A stretch of DNA of 64,000 bases. It comes from a virus (lineage: Duplodnaviria; Caudoviricetes). A model generated the notes under the pieces. That model worked only from the letters and a program-made list of their open reading frames with translations. It was not told where the DNA came from and did no database searches. Location: positions 1 through 64,000 of IMG/VR virus record IMGVR_UViG_3300032007_000073, one strand, 5' to 3'. Shown piece after piece: positions 28,009-36,910 of the stretch (the first letter of the stretch is position 1; each line of letters opens with the position of its first letter). The translations under genes were made by a program, and so were the position numbers.

Positions 28009-28295
28009 TCTCCTGCTTTTTCTCTTAATATTAAAAATGCAGTATATAAATTTTTGCAAATAGGGTTAAGTTCTTTATTATTGATAATTTCGCATAATTC
28101 GCCTTTTATAAAAGCATATTTATATTTGCAAGAAAGAATCTGTATAACATTTGTTTTTAAATCTTTATCATAACGAATATTAACATATTTATTAAGTGCA
28201 GAATTATAAAGAAAATTTAAAATTTCTCCTTCGTTTTCAGGAATAATATCTTTTGATATTGAGCCATCTTCAAAAGTTATTCTTATGTTTTTCAT
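27999..28295 (-). CDS. Hypothetical protein
   Basis: ORF track; coupled to both neighbours. Confidence 0.55.
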   Translation of the reverse strand: MKNIRITFEDGSISKDIIPENEGEILNFLYNSALNKYVNIRYDKDLKTNVIQILSCKYKYAFIKGELCEIINNKELNPICKNLYTAFLILREKAGEWE

Positions 28296-28969
28296 AATTC
28301 CTCCAAATACTTTTTAATGTTTCCGTCATAAGACCTTGAGCCTATCGAGAACCATTCTTTGTCTTTTAACGTATCCTTAAGTTCTTCCATAGGATAGTTT
28401 CTTATTAGTTTACAATCTTTTGTGAATTTTTTGTTGTCGCTTTCAAACCAATTTCCGTATAAGATTCTCGGATTGAGTTCTCGATTATACTTGTTCACAT
28501 ACTCCCAATACATAGGGTCAATTTCAAGTATCTTTTTCTTGTTATAAATTATAGGACAATGCACTCCATAATGTAAAGTAGGTTTTCCGTGTTGCTTTAA
28601 GAACTCTTTTGTATTTAATATCTCTTTTAAATAATTATTAATAACTTGATAGTCCGGAATTTCTCCTGAGTGATATATAGGATAATTCTCAATATCAATT
28701 GGTTTAAGAATAAACACATCGTCCATCATATACAAGAAATCTTCAGAGATATCTGAATTTTCTGCAACCTCGCACAACTTACGGAATACATTTCTTGTCC
28801 TTGCCATCGTATCCTTAAAAGGTATAAACTCAATTCCTTCTATATTAGGGTTTTCTCCGATAACAAATATTCTATCGAACTTTGCATACTTCTTTATTAA
28901 CTTAATTGAAGTTTTTATTTCTGCATTTTGGTACAATGAGCCAGTTCCTAAGGTATATAGAATATCCAT
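28292..28969 (-). CDS. GT-A / Stealth-like glycosyltransferase
   Basis: ILY.LG.GS....EIKTSI...VIGENP...ISEDFLYMMDDVF (DxD-type); YGVHCPIIYNK. Confidence 0.65.
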   Translation of the reverse strand: MDILYTLGTGSLYQNAEIKTSIKLIKKYAKFDRIFVIGENPNIEGIEFIPFKDTMARTRNVFRKLCEVAENSDISEDFLYMMDDVFILKPIDIENYPIYHSGEIPDYQVINNYLKEILNTKEFLKQHGKPTLHYGVHCPIIYNKKKILEIDPMYWEYVNKYNRELNPRILYGNWFESDNKKFTKDCKLIRNYPMEELKDTLKDKEWFSIGSRSYDGNIKKYLEEL

Positions 28970-29262
28970 TATTTTACCTCCTCAAACAATATATTAAATT
29001 CTTCAAGAGACACTACCAAATCCAAATCTTCATTTTTTATAATTACACCGCTACCCATAATTCTATCGCAACTATTACTTACACTCATAAAAGGCTGATA
29101 CGAAACTACATCAAATTCCGTGTTCGCTTTTATTGTTTTTTCTTTAAAACCGTAGTTAATAATCGTGTTATTTGTACGGCTTATATCTCTTATTTGAACA
29201 ATAAAGTCTATTTTCAATCTTACTTTCATAACATTCCTCCAATAGTAAATATTATCCACCAC
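28969..29262 (-). CDS. Hypothetical protein
   Basis: ORF track; in operon. Confidence 0.5.
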   Translation of the reverse strand: MVDNIYYWRNVMKVRLKIDFIVQIRDISRTNNTIINYGFKEKTIKANTEFDVVSYQPFMSVSNSCDRIMGSGVIIKNEDLDLVVSLEEFNILFEEVK

Positions 29263-29594
29263 AAGAAAATCAAAAACAAATGTGTAAGTTGGTCTGTTAT
29301 AAGATTTATCTTTTTATCGTTTGCTTTTAAATCGTCAATTAAAGCGTGAATTATTGCAAAAACACAAACAGAAAAAGACAATATCAATTCGTTCTTGCAT
29401 AACCAAATATATATCGGTATATGCACCATAAAAGAGTTCATAAAACCGTGTTCAAGCAAAGCAACAACATAATCGGCTTGATATTTCTTGTCATAAGGTT
29501 TCCAAAAATCTCTTTGCTTCAACTTAGCTAAAATACCTTGCAAAACATAATCATCAATCAAATGTAAATAAATCATACATAATAATACTTTCAT
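29226..29594 (-). CDS. DUF3307-like membrane protein
   Basis: HLIDDYVLQ...EH...H...HALID.LK...DQLTH His pattern. Confidence 0.7.
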   Translation of the reverse strand: MKVLLCMIYLHLIDDYVLQGILAKLKQRDFWKPYDKKYQADYVVALLEHGFMNSFMVHIPIYIWLCKNELILSFSVCVFAIIHALIDDLKANDKKINLITDQLTHLFLIFLWWIIFTIGGML

Positions 29595-29941
29595 TTTCCC
29601 TCCACTATCCCTTTAAATACCCATCTTTTATTTTCAAATTGCTTACATAAATCTATTACAATCTGTTCTCTTCCTTTTTCAAAACTTAAACATTCTATAA
29701 TTTCAATTCTAAATTCTCCTTCTTCGTAAATTATATTTATATCGTGAAGATGATAATCTTCGGTTATAACCATCCATCGAGAAGGATTCTTATCGAATGT
29801 ATAACACTTAATAATTTTAGGTTTATCTTTAAAATAATCTTCAACAGACTTATCAATACAATTCTCAAACCTTTTTCTTAGTTCTAAAAACTTCTTTAGA
29901 CCTTCTATTTCTATTGGCTTTTCTGAATAAGTTGTATTCAT
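29591..29941 (-). CDS. Hypothetical protein
   Basis: ORF track; overlapping start/stop. Confidence 0.55.
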   Translation of the reverse strand: MNTTYSEKPIEIEGLKKFLELRKRFENCIDKSVEDYFKDKPKIIKCYTFDKNPSRWMVITEDYHLHDINIIYEEGEFRIEIIECLSFEKGREQIVIDLCKQFENKRWVFKGIVEGK

Positions 29942-30120
29942 CTATCCTCCTTAAACGGACAATCTTTTTGTGCAGAATCATTATCTTTGTATTCATCATC
30001 AACCAAACAATAAAACTGTTCGCAATCTCCATATATGAAAAAATGCAAACAATGTGGACAACTGCAACAATATAATACCTCTGGTCTTTTATATCGCTTA
30101 GTCTTGACTATTTCATTCAT
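29938..30120 (-). CDS. Cys-rich hypothetical protein
   Basis: CCSCPHC...C....C...CPF. Confidence 0.5.
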   Translation of the reverse strand: MNEIVKTKRYKRPEVLYCCSCPHCLHFFIYGDCEQFYCLVDDEYKDNDSAQKDCPFKEDR

Positions 30121-30395
30121 TGTTTATCTCCAAATAACAATTTATAAGGTATTTCAAATGCTTCTGCAAATTGATTTCTAACTTCTTCAAGATTTTCTAT
30201 TTCTTTTCCGTTAATCTTAATATTTATTGTATTTGGCTCTATATGGTTCATCCTTTGCCAATTTCCAAGCCTTTGTCTTTCGCTTGGTATTTGTATTGCT
30301 ATTGCTATTTTTCTTCCGAACTCACATAATATTTGTTCTTGTATTTCATTTAGATTTAAGGCATAATCCCAAACATCAAACTTAATCCATTCCAT
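30117..30395 (-). CDS. Hypothetical protein
   Basis: ORF track; AAGGAG upstream. Confidence 0.55.
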   Translation of the reverse strand: MEWIKFDVWDYALNLNEIQEQILCEFGRKIAIAIQIPSERQRLGNWQRMNHIEPNTINIKINGKEIENLEEVRNQFAEAFEIPYKLLFGDKQ

Positions 30396-30538
30396 TGTTC
30401 TGCTCCTTAATCTTTTTAATTACAACACAATCTTCTTCCAAAGCACAAGTTAAATCTTCATATCTAAACTGACAGTTTTCTAATGGCAAACAACACTCTC
30501 TAACTTTAAACACATATTTTTCGTTTACATCTATCAGT

Positions 30539-30778
30539 TTATTCCCCATTTCTCCTCCTACACTCTTGTTCTGCTTTTTCTTTTGTGAAAAAACAGTTTT
30601 TTGCTAAATGAATCATAGACCCTTTATCTTTTCCAAAATTTAAAATAACAAATAAATCATTATTACCTGAAACAAATGTTTTTTCTATTGTTACTTCTGC
30701 AATATCCCAAATTTTCTTATCTTTTCTTGCTCCAACAAACCAAACCTTATCTCCTTCTTTAAATCTTCTTCTTTTCAT
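30539..30778 (-). CDS. Hypothetical protein, KEGDKVW...FFTKEKAEQEC family
   Basis: Resembles the internal domain of 398..1771 and the ORF 45553..45861. Confidence 0.6.
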   Translation of the reverse strand: MKRRRFKEGDKVWFVGARKDKKIWDIAEVTIEKTFVSGNNDLFVILNFGKDKGSMIHLAKNCFFTKEKAEQECRRRNGE

Positions 30779-30789
30779 TATTCTTCTCC

Positions 30790-31074
30790 TTATAATAATT
30801 CAATATTCCGTTCCTTACAAAATTCTACTATTTCAGGATAATCTTTTGGATTTTCTATTTTTTTTACTTTTTTCCAATAAGCATATTCTTTGTTCCATAT
30901 ATACATTATAAAATATAAACCAATATGGTGTATATTTCCCCAATGTTCAAATGTTTCCATAGCTGCAGCTTTGTTATCAAAATCCCACATACTTTTCACT
31001 AAACAAGCAATAAAAGTTTCTTCTTTTGGATATGTTTCAGTATCTCTATAAACTCTTAATTTTTTGTTTTCCAT
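30790..31074 (-). CDS. Hypothetical protein
   Basis: ORF track. Confidence 0.5.
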   Translation of the reverse strand: MENKKLRVYRDTETYPKEETFIACLVKSMWDFDNKAAAMETFEHWGNIHHIGLYFIMYIWNKEYAYWKKVKKIENPKDYPEIVEFCKERNIELL

Positions 31075-31095
31075 CTTCCACCCCCAAAAACTCTA

Positions 31096-31353
31096 CTATT
31101 TTTTTGCTATTTCTTCCCATAAAATAGTTCTTTCGTATGGGATACATATTGCATTACTTCCTGTTTCTTTTGTTAATACTTGTGTTATCTTTTTTACCAT
31201 ATATTCTTTTGTATCGCCATATTGAAATTTACCTTTGATATTAATACACTCTTTTGTACAATCTTCTAAATCTGCTAAGCATTTTTTAGATATTACTTCA
31301 TAATAAGGACATTTCTTTTGACTCTTTACTATTGTATATCGTTTTTCAGTCAT
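31096..31353 (-). CDS. Hypothetical protein
   Basis: ORF track. Confidence 0.5.
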   Translation of the reverse strand: MTEKRYTIVKSQKKCPYYEVISKKCLADLEDCTKECINIKGKFQYGDTKEYMVKKITQVLTKETGSNAICIPYERTILWEEIAKK

Positions 31354-31355
31354 AT

Positions 31356-31565
31356 TTAATCATCCTCCTCATATAAATCATCATACCTTTCTTTTAATAG
31401 TACAACGAAACCAAACGGTATTAATAATAATTTAGCCGTTCTTTTACTTGTTAACTCATCAAGTGCTAAAGCCGTTATACATATTATTATTGGAACAAAT
31501 ATACTTAATATTAAAACTACAATTAAAAAGTTTATTAATATTATCATTTTTAAATTTCCCCCCAT
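31356..31565 (-). CDS. Small membrane protein
   Basis: Long hydrophobic stretch. Confidence 0.5.
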   Translation of the reverse strand: MGGNLKMIILINFLIVVLILSIFVPIIICITALALDELTSKRTAKLLLIPFGFVVLLKERYDDLYEEDD

Positions 31566-31834
31566 AATTTTCTTGGTAAAAAATGTTTCGTAATCAAATA
31601 ATTTAACTTTGCTTTGTCTATGCTTCTCTTTCCTATCATCTTCAATATCTCGTCTAATGTCTTTGTTTCGTAATTATCCATATAAATATCTATTGCTCTC
31701 TGTTCTTCCCTAAATTGCTTTGACATTTTGCAATAATTAAATGGCATAACTTCTGCTTGTTTCTTCTCACAGAAAAAATGACCTTCTCCTGCTTTACCTC
31801 GTGCTTGAACATACTGACAATCTATACACTGCAT
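31550..31834 (-). CDS. Zn-finger-like hypothetical protein
   Basis: CIDC...C...C. Confidence 0.5.
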   Translation of the reverse strand: MQCIDCQYVQARGKAGEGHFFCEKKQAEVMPFNYCKMSKQFREEQRAIDIYMDNYETKTLDEILKMIGKRSIDKAKLNYLITKHFLPRKLWGEI

Positions 31835-31846
31835 CTTGCCTACCCC

Positions 31847-32059
31847 CTATAACAAACTTATTTGTTTATTTTCAGATTCAAGTTTTTGCTTATAATCTTC
31901 AAGTATTTGTTCAAATATACCTATTCTTTTATCGCTTTGTTGTTGAGTTATTCTTCCTTGCAAAACCCAAGTAGGAAACACTCTTTTTCTCATATTTATT
32001 TCTCTTTGAACCTCTTTAATTATATCTTCAGTAGAAAACATTTCTTCCTCCCTAATCAA
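31847..32059 (-). CDS. Hypothetical phage protein
   Basis: EVQREINMRKRVFPTWV motif. Confidence 0.6.
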   Translation of the reverse strand: MIREEEMFSTEDIIKEVQREINMRKRVFPTWVLQGRITQQQSDKRIGIFEQILEDYKQKLESENKQISLL

Positions 32060-32313
32060 AATTATTAAGCAATATAAGGATTATTATAAATAACAAAAAA
32101 CAAACCATTTTAATCCTCCTTTGCGAGTGCCAGAAACTCGCTTTGTAATATATTCCGTGCATTAATACGGATATTATCTGCAACTTACCTTAATAAGTCT
32201 ATTAACGGCTATGCTCTTATAAATTATTACAATTAATTTATTTTTTTAAATAAAAGTTATATATTTGAGCTTTAAAGTTTAACTCTAACTCTTTGTAAGA
32301 CTCTAATCTCTGG

Positions 32314-32838
32314 CTAATTAGAATCTTTTACCCATAAATCATATCCTTTGTTTGCGAACACTTGCTTTAAGTATTCATCTCTTTGTATAACACTTTTAAA
32401 CACAAGAAAATATCCTTTAGAACCTTGTGTTTTGTTGTTGGTCTCTTCATTCAACTCCATTTTTGTAAGGTCAAACTTCTCACTTTGGTTGTGATAGCAC
32501 TTTAAAGCATAGTTTTGGCTTAAGTATTTGCCATTATTTGCAAATAAAATGGTTACCCCTGCTATTCCACTACCCCCACAATAAAGACACTTAAATTTCG
32601 TATTTATGGAGTTTTTAAAGCCATTGTCTATTTCTTTGGCTATTTTCAAGAATTGAGCTAATGTCGGAGGTATTTCATCGTTTTCCATCATAGTTTTTTC
32701 GGTCTCTTTTATCGTCTTATCGTAAAAACCTCTTGAAGAAATATCTTTGACCCAAACAGAAACGGTCTTTGAAGAAACATTCTTTGCTCTTGAAGCAAAT
32801 ATATTATTTATTACCTCTTCCAATTCTTCGTATGTCAT
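32314..32838 (-). CDS. Replication-associated protein (helicase loader-like N-terminus, CxxC C-terminus)
   Basis: Position after initiator; W..D......PPTLAQF pattern; CLYCGGSG. Confidence 0.45.
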   Translation of the reverse strand: MTYEELEEVINNIFASRAKNVSSKTVSVWVKDISSRGFYDKTIKETEKTMMENDEIPPTLAQFLKIAKEIDNGFKNSINTKFKCLYCGGSGIAGVTILFANNGKYLSQNYALKCYHNQSEKFDLTKMELNEETNNKTQGSKGYFLVFKSVIQRDEYLKQVFANKGYDLWVKDSN

Positions 32839-33100
32839 CTTTAGCTCCTATTTTATTTTGTTCTATCGTTTGCATTTCTTCTAAAAACTTTGATTCGTTT
32901 CTTACTTTAGCTATCAAACCATTTGCAAACAATTCGGTTTCTCTTTTTATAATTCTTTCAGCTGCTTGAAAAGCAAACTTAGGATTTATATCTTCCAGAC
33001 ACTTAGACCATAAAGCCAATATAGCTTTTTTGTCTCCTTCAAACTTAACTCCTGCAATATTAAATAAAGCTAACAATTTACTTGTCTCTTCTTTTGTCAT
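32804..33100 (-). CDS. Helicase loader/inhibitor (G39P-like)
   Basis: MTKEETSKLLA...LW..CLEDI....A..A pattern directly after the initiator. Confidence 0.55.
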   Translation of the reverse strand: MTKEETSKLLALFNIAGVKFEGDKKAILALWSKCLEDINPKFAFQAAERIIKRETELFANGLIAKVRNESKFLEEMQTIEQNKIGAKDDIRRIGRGNK

Positions 33101-33804
33101 TCTTCCCTCCCCAACTTTAAAAACTCATTAGCAGTATCTTCTTTTTTATTTTTTCTTTCCCAAGTTCTTACGGCAGATTTCCATCTTTTCATTTTTGATT
33201 TACCCATCATCCAACCTCTTGCATCATTCCAATAGAAAAACTGCTTAGCATCTATGTCTATATTTTCTTCTTTGCAGAATTTTTCTATTTCCTCTATTGT
33301 AGGAGGGATAAATCTTTTTTGTGTCTCTCCTATAATATTTTTATTATTTGTTTTAATATATGTTTTATTATATGGTATAGGTAAGCCCATTTGGGCATTT
33401 CCATTTGCCTCTTTGGTAACTTCCATTTGCCCGTTTGGGCAAATGGATTTGCCTTTTTCTGATTCATCTTCTTTTGTTCCAATTGGTATAATTTTTTTTA
33501 ATTCTTCAGGTTCTTCTACAAAAGAATACCATAAAGTTCTATCGTATTTCTGAGAATTATAATTACCTACTTTTATAATATTTAATTCTTTCATTTTATC
33601 AAGTATTGTTCGTATTTGTTTAATAGAGAAATAAGGAAAAACACTTTGTAAAGAATTTATTGAAAAATAAGTCCAATAACATCCATCTCTAAAGTTTTTG
33701 TTGTGAGATTTGTTTTTTATTATCCAAAATAGAATATGTTTATAAACAATAGAAAGTTCTAATCCATATTTTATTGCTATTTCTATATCAAAAGAATGTT
33801 CCAT
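33097..33804 (-). CDS. Replication initiator / replisome organiser
   Basis: N-terminal wHTH (HSFDIEIA...YWTY.S....FPY...YDRTLWY); C-terminal FIPPTIEEI...GW..G..KMK.WK.AVRTWE. Confidence 0.8.
   Translation of the reverse strand: MEHSFDIEIAIKYGLELSIVYKHILFWIIKNKSHNKNFRDGCYWTYFSINSLQSVFPYFSIKQIRTILDKMKELNIIKVGNYNSQKYDRTLWYSFVEEPEELKKIIPIGTKEDESEKGKSICPNGQMEVTKEANGNAQMGLPIPYNKTYIKTNNKNIIGETQKRFIPPTIEEIEKFCKEENIDIDAKQFFYWNDARGWMMGKSKMKRWKSAVRTWERKNKKEDTANEFLKLGREE
33386..33453. repeat. Iteron-like direct and inverted repeats (putative replication origin)
   Basis: TTCCATTTGCC at 33399 and 33421; TCCATTTGCCC-GTTT-GGGCAAATGGA (33422-33447); GCCCATTTGGGC. Confidence 0.7.
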
Positions 33805-34406
33805 TATTTATTCTCCTTATGAATATTGTTATGACAAACTCCACAAACAACTTGTAAATCGTTTAAGTGTAATATTTCATATCCGTGATTTTCATAAGTT
33901 TTGTGATGAGTATGTAATTCTATTTTACTTCCACATATTTCACATTTGTTTTGTTTTATTTTCATATAAGTACTTATAGCTTTCCAATATGGAGTCTTAA
34001 GAAAATCTTGGTATTTCATAAGTTTTATTTTTGTTGCAATCTCTTCTTTGTAAGATGATGTAAGGTTATGTAATATATTAATTCTATTTCCTAATCCTAT
34101 ACTTTTATCCCAATTTCTGTTACAATTCAAATATTCATCTATTGATTCAATTTTGTTTATATTTTTTATGTTCCTTTTTATTTTTCTTTTTATTGTTTTT
34201 CCTAATAAAGAATTTTGTATATCTTCTATTCCTTCTTCTTGTACAATAATTTCTGTTCCATTTTTAAGAAACAAAGATGCACAACTATATTCTTCTTCAT
34301 AAAAATTAGTTGTTTCAAAATAATCAATACTATCTTTGTTTACAATACAAACACTATCACAACAGTTTTTATCAATAGACAATACTTTTATAAATTTATT
34401 TTCCAT
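33804..34406 (-). CDS. Protein with C-terminal HNH endonuclease domain
   Basis: YQDFLKTPYWK...CEICG...HTHHKTY...VCGVCHNNIH. Confidence 0.75.
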   Translation of the reverse strand: MENKFIKVLSIDKNCCDSVCIVNKDSIDYFETTNFYEEEYSCASLFLKNGTEIIVQEEGIEDIQNSLLGKTIKRKIKRNIKNINKIESIDEYLNCNRNWDKSIGLGNRINILHNLTSSYKEEIATKIKLMKYQDFLKTPYWKAISTYMKIKQNKCEICGSKIELHTHHKTYENHGYEILHLNDLQVVCGVCHNNIHKENK

Positions 34407-34662
34407 TTTGCCTCCTTACTTTCTCTGTCATAGTAATTTCAAAAGTTTTAAATTTACCGAAGAAATGTAGTAATACAAACAAAGCATCTGATATTTTGTT
34501 AAATCCTTCAGAGCCAAACAGGACTCTTTCTACTATAATTTGTTCTGTTAAAAAATATCTGTCTGAGAAAATAAGTTCTTCTTTTACAAAATCGCAAAAA
34601 GTTATCGCATTAAATATATATGTTTTTTCACTTTCAAACATTTTAGTTTCTTTTTTATTCAT
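34396..34662 (-). CDS. Hypothetical protein
   Basis: ORF track; GGAGG upstream. Confidence 0.5.
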   Translation of the reverse strand: MNKKETKMFESEKTYIFNAITFCDFVKEELIFSDRYFLTEQIIVERVLFGSEGFNKISDALFVLLHFFGKFKTFEITMTEKVRRQNGK

Positions 34663-34670
34663 TGTTCCTC

Positions 34671-35402
34671 CTATAACATATCAAAATCGAACTCGCTATT
34701 TTTCTCTATTTGAGCATCCGATATTCTTTGTTTTGATATATTATAATACTCTTCAAAAATTTCTATTCCGTAAAACTTTCTTCCATACTTTATACAACTT
34801 ATTGCCGTAGTTCCTAATCCAGAAAACGGGTCCAAAACGAAGTCTCCTTTGAATGTAAGATTAGCAATTATTATATCGCTTAATTTCTGAGGCATCATCG
34901 CACCGTGAATTTCCGAATAAGGATTGTTCGAATTAACAAAACATTCAATAACATTTCGAAAACACTTTATCCCTTCACCTGAAGTTTTTATTTGATAGTT
35001 CTTATCTTTTTTAATCAACAAAATGTGTTCGTAATTATTGTTGATTACATTCGGAGTTGCACTCGGTTGTCCGTTTACTTTGTACCAAATCATATCATCG
35101 TGTATTCGGTCTGCATAATGTCCTATTAATCTGTAAACATTTTCTCTATTCTCTTTTATTGCTCCTACATTATAAATTACATACTTTTTACTTACTCTTA
35201 AACATTCGTCTATAACCTTTATTTGCCAATCTAACCAATCTTTTTTAAGTATCGTTTCGGAATTAATATATTTTTTATGCGAATTATTATCTTTCTTTGC
35301 ATTAAACCCGTACGGCGGCGAAGTAAAAGTTATATCAAATGTATCGTCAGAGATTGTCTTTAAATGATTTAAGCAATCGTCATTGATAATTTGATTCTCC
35401 AT
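34671..35402 (-). CDS. Beta-class DNA amino-methyltransferase (N4-C/N6-A)
   Basis: TSPPY catalytic motif; VLDPFSGLGTT SAM-binding motif. Confidence 0.9.
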   Translation of the reverse strand: MENQIINDDCLNHLKTISDDTFDITFTSPPYGFNAKKDNNSHKKYINSETILKKDWLDWQIKVIDECLRVSKKYVIYNVGAIKENRENVYRLIGHYADRIHDDMIWYKVNGQPSATPNVINNNYEHILLIKKDKNYQIKTSGEGIKCFRNVIECFVNSNNPYSEIHGAMMPQKLSDIIIANLTFKGDFVLDPFSGLGTTAISCIKYGRKFYGIEIFEEYYNISKQRISDAQIEKNSEFDFDML

Positions 35403-35418
35403 AAATCCTCCAAATAAA

Positions 35419-35548
35419 GATAGCGGTGTTGCTTACGGAATTGAAAAGTTCCCACCGCTATCCTTAACTCGCAAATAAAAAGGGGGTAGCCTTTCTTCTT
35501 ATGCGAGATTATATTTAGTTAGTTAATTGATTGTTATTTACCGTAAGC
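35419..35548 (-). ncRNA. Candidate structured cis-regulatory RNA between the two methyltransferase genes
   Basis: 10-bp stem 35419-28/35453-62; second stem CTCGCA...TGCGAG; loop 35431-38 complementary to 35541-48. Confidence 0.4.
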
Positions 35549-35571
35549 ATATTTTAATTCTACCATATTTG

Positions 35572-36279
35572 TTAAAACAAATCAAGTATTTTTTTCTCTT
35601 GTTCCATTCTATCGACGGCAATTTTATAAAACTTCTCGTTTTTTTCTATTCCTAAATACTTTCTTTTTAATTGATAACAAGCGACACAAGTTGTTCCACT
35701 TCCAACAAACGGGTCAAGTACCAAATCGCCTTCGTGAGTCGAGTTCTCGATAAGAATCTTTGTAATATCCACAGGTTTTGGTGTAGGATGCCCTAAATCT
35801 GCCTTGTCTTGAGAGTTCTTGTTTCTTATGTAATATGTTGCAGCCGAATAGTTATCCTTCGGTTGACAATAAGCCTCTTTACGAAAATAAAGACAATACT
35901 CTTTGTCGGAATTATACTTGCAATTATGCAAAGGCATCGCATCGGGCTTGAGCCATAGAATAAACTCATAACTTGCTTTTTTGTTGACAAAATAATTTAA
36001 GTATTCAGGAATTTGAAACTTTGACATCCAAATATAGATGTTGATTTTCTTTAATATCCTACAAGCCTCGTCCAACCATTTGATATCTATTCCCTTGTCT
36101 ATCTCTGTCTCTTCAAGTTCTACTCTTGTTTTCATTACTGCTTTGTATAAGTGGCTCTTTGGAGAAGGTTTTTTCTCGGAATAAAGATAAGGAATATCGG
36201 TCATAATGAGGTCGATTGACTTGTCAGGGATTTTCTTCATTAGTTCCAAACTGTCTCCCAACCATATTTGATTTTCCAT
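35572..36279 (-). CDS. Beta-class DNA amino-methyltransferase
   Basis: TDIPY (DPPY variant), HPTPKP, VLDPFVGSGTT; start refined to 36279. Confidence 0.88.
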   Translation of the reverse strand: MENQIWLGDSLELMKKIPDKSIDLIMTDIPYLYSEKKPSPKSHLYKAVMKTRVELEETEIDKGIDIKWLDEACRILKKINIYIWMSKFQIPEYLNYFVNKKASYEFILWLKPDAMPLHNCKYNSDKEYCLYFRKEAYCQPKDNYSAATYYIRNKNSQDKADLGHPTPKPVDITKILIENSTHEGDLVLDPFVGSGTTCVACYQLKRKYLGIEKNEKFYKIAVDRMEQEKKILDLF

Positions 36280-36698
36280 TAAATCTCCTTTATTTCTATC
36301 AAACATCTCGGTTCTTCGGAATAAATTTTCCTTGTGTTTAAAACAGCCACTTGGCTATCATCTTCCCAAATACCAACATTATTTATTGCATCCATCACTG
36401 CCTTGCTCAAATTATCTAAATCGGGCTTTTTGATTACATAGTGCAACTCTGCCCTCTTCTTTTTGCTTATACTCTTAGGTATTGGCATACAAAAGATTAG
36501 ATTTAATTCTAAAGCCCCTGAGAGCTTTATTTTTAAGCTATTTTTTAGTTTAAGTGTTTCCGTATATACCAAATGAAACCAATCAGTTTTTGGCGAATAT
36601 GTGGTTACAAAAGGTTTTCCACTTTTTAAAGTCCGATGAAACGTTTTCGGTCTTGATTGTGGTTTTGGTATCCCTACTACTGTGTATTTTATTTCCAT
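36279..36698 (-). CDS. rusA: RusA Holliday junction resolvase
   Basis: PKPQSRP; KKPDLDNLSKAVMDAIN..IWEDDSQV. Confidence 0.9.
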   Translation of the reverse strand: MEIKYTVVGIPKPQSRPKTFHRTLKSGKPFVTTYSPKTDWFHLVYTETLKLKNSLKIKLSGALELNLIFCMPIPKSISKKKRAELHYVIKKPDLDNLSKAVMDAINNVGIWEDDSQVAVLNTRKIYSEEPRCLIEIKEI

Positions 36699-36910
36699 TA
36701 TCCCTCCAATGAATATTGAGCAACATAAGCCCAGCCTACTTTTGTCGGTACTCTTACACTCTCTTTCTTTATTTTATATCCCATTTTCTTGAGATTGTAT
36801 ATCGCGGCACTCAATCTTGAAGTGCTACAATGTTGCCAAGCATCCAAAGGTGTTATCGTATGATACTTTTTAATATAATCAAGCACTCGTTGTTCTCTGT
36901 TCTTTTCCAT
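36698..36910 (-). CDS. Small winged-HTH protein
   Basis: RVLDYIKKYHTITPLDAW...RLSAAIYNLKKMGY. Confidence 0.7.
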   Translation of the reverse strand: MEKNREQRVLDYIKKYHTITPLDAWQHCSTSRLSAAIYNLKKMGYKIKKESVRVPTKVGWAYVAQYSLEG

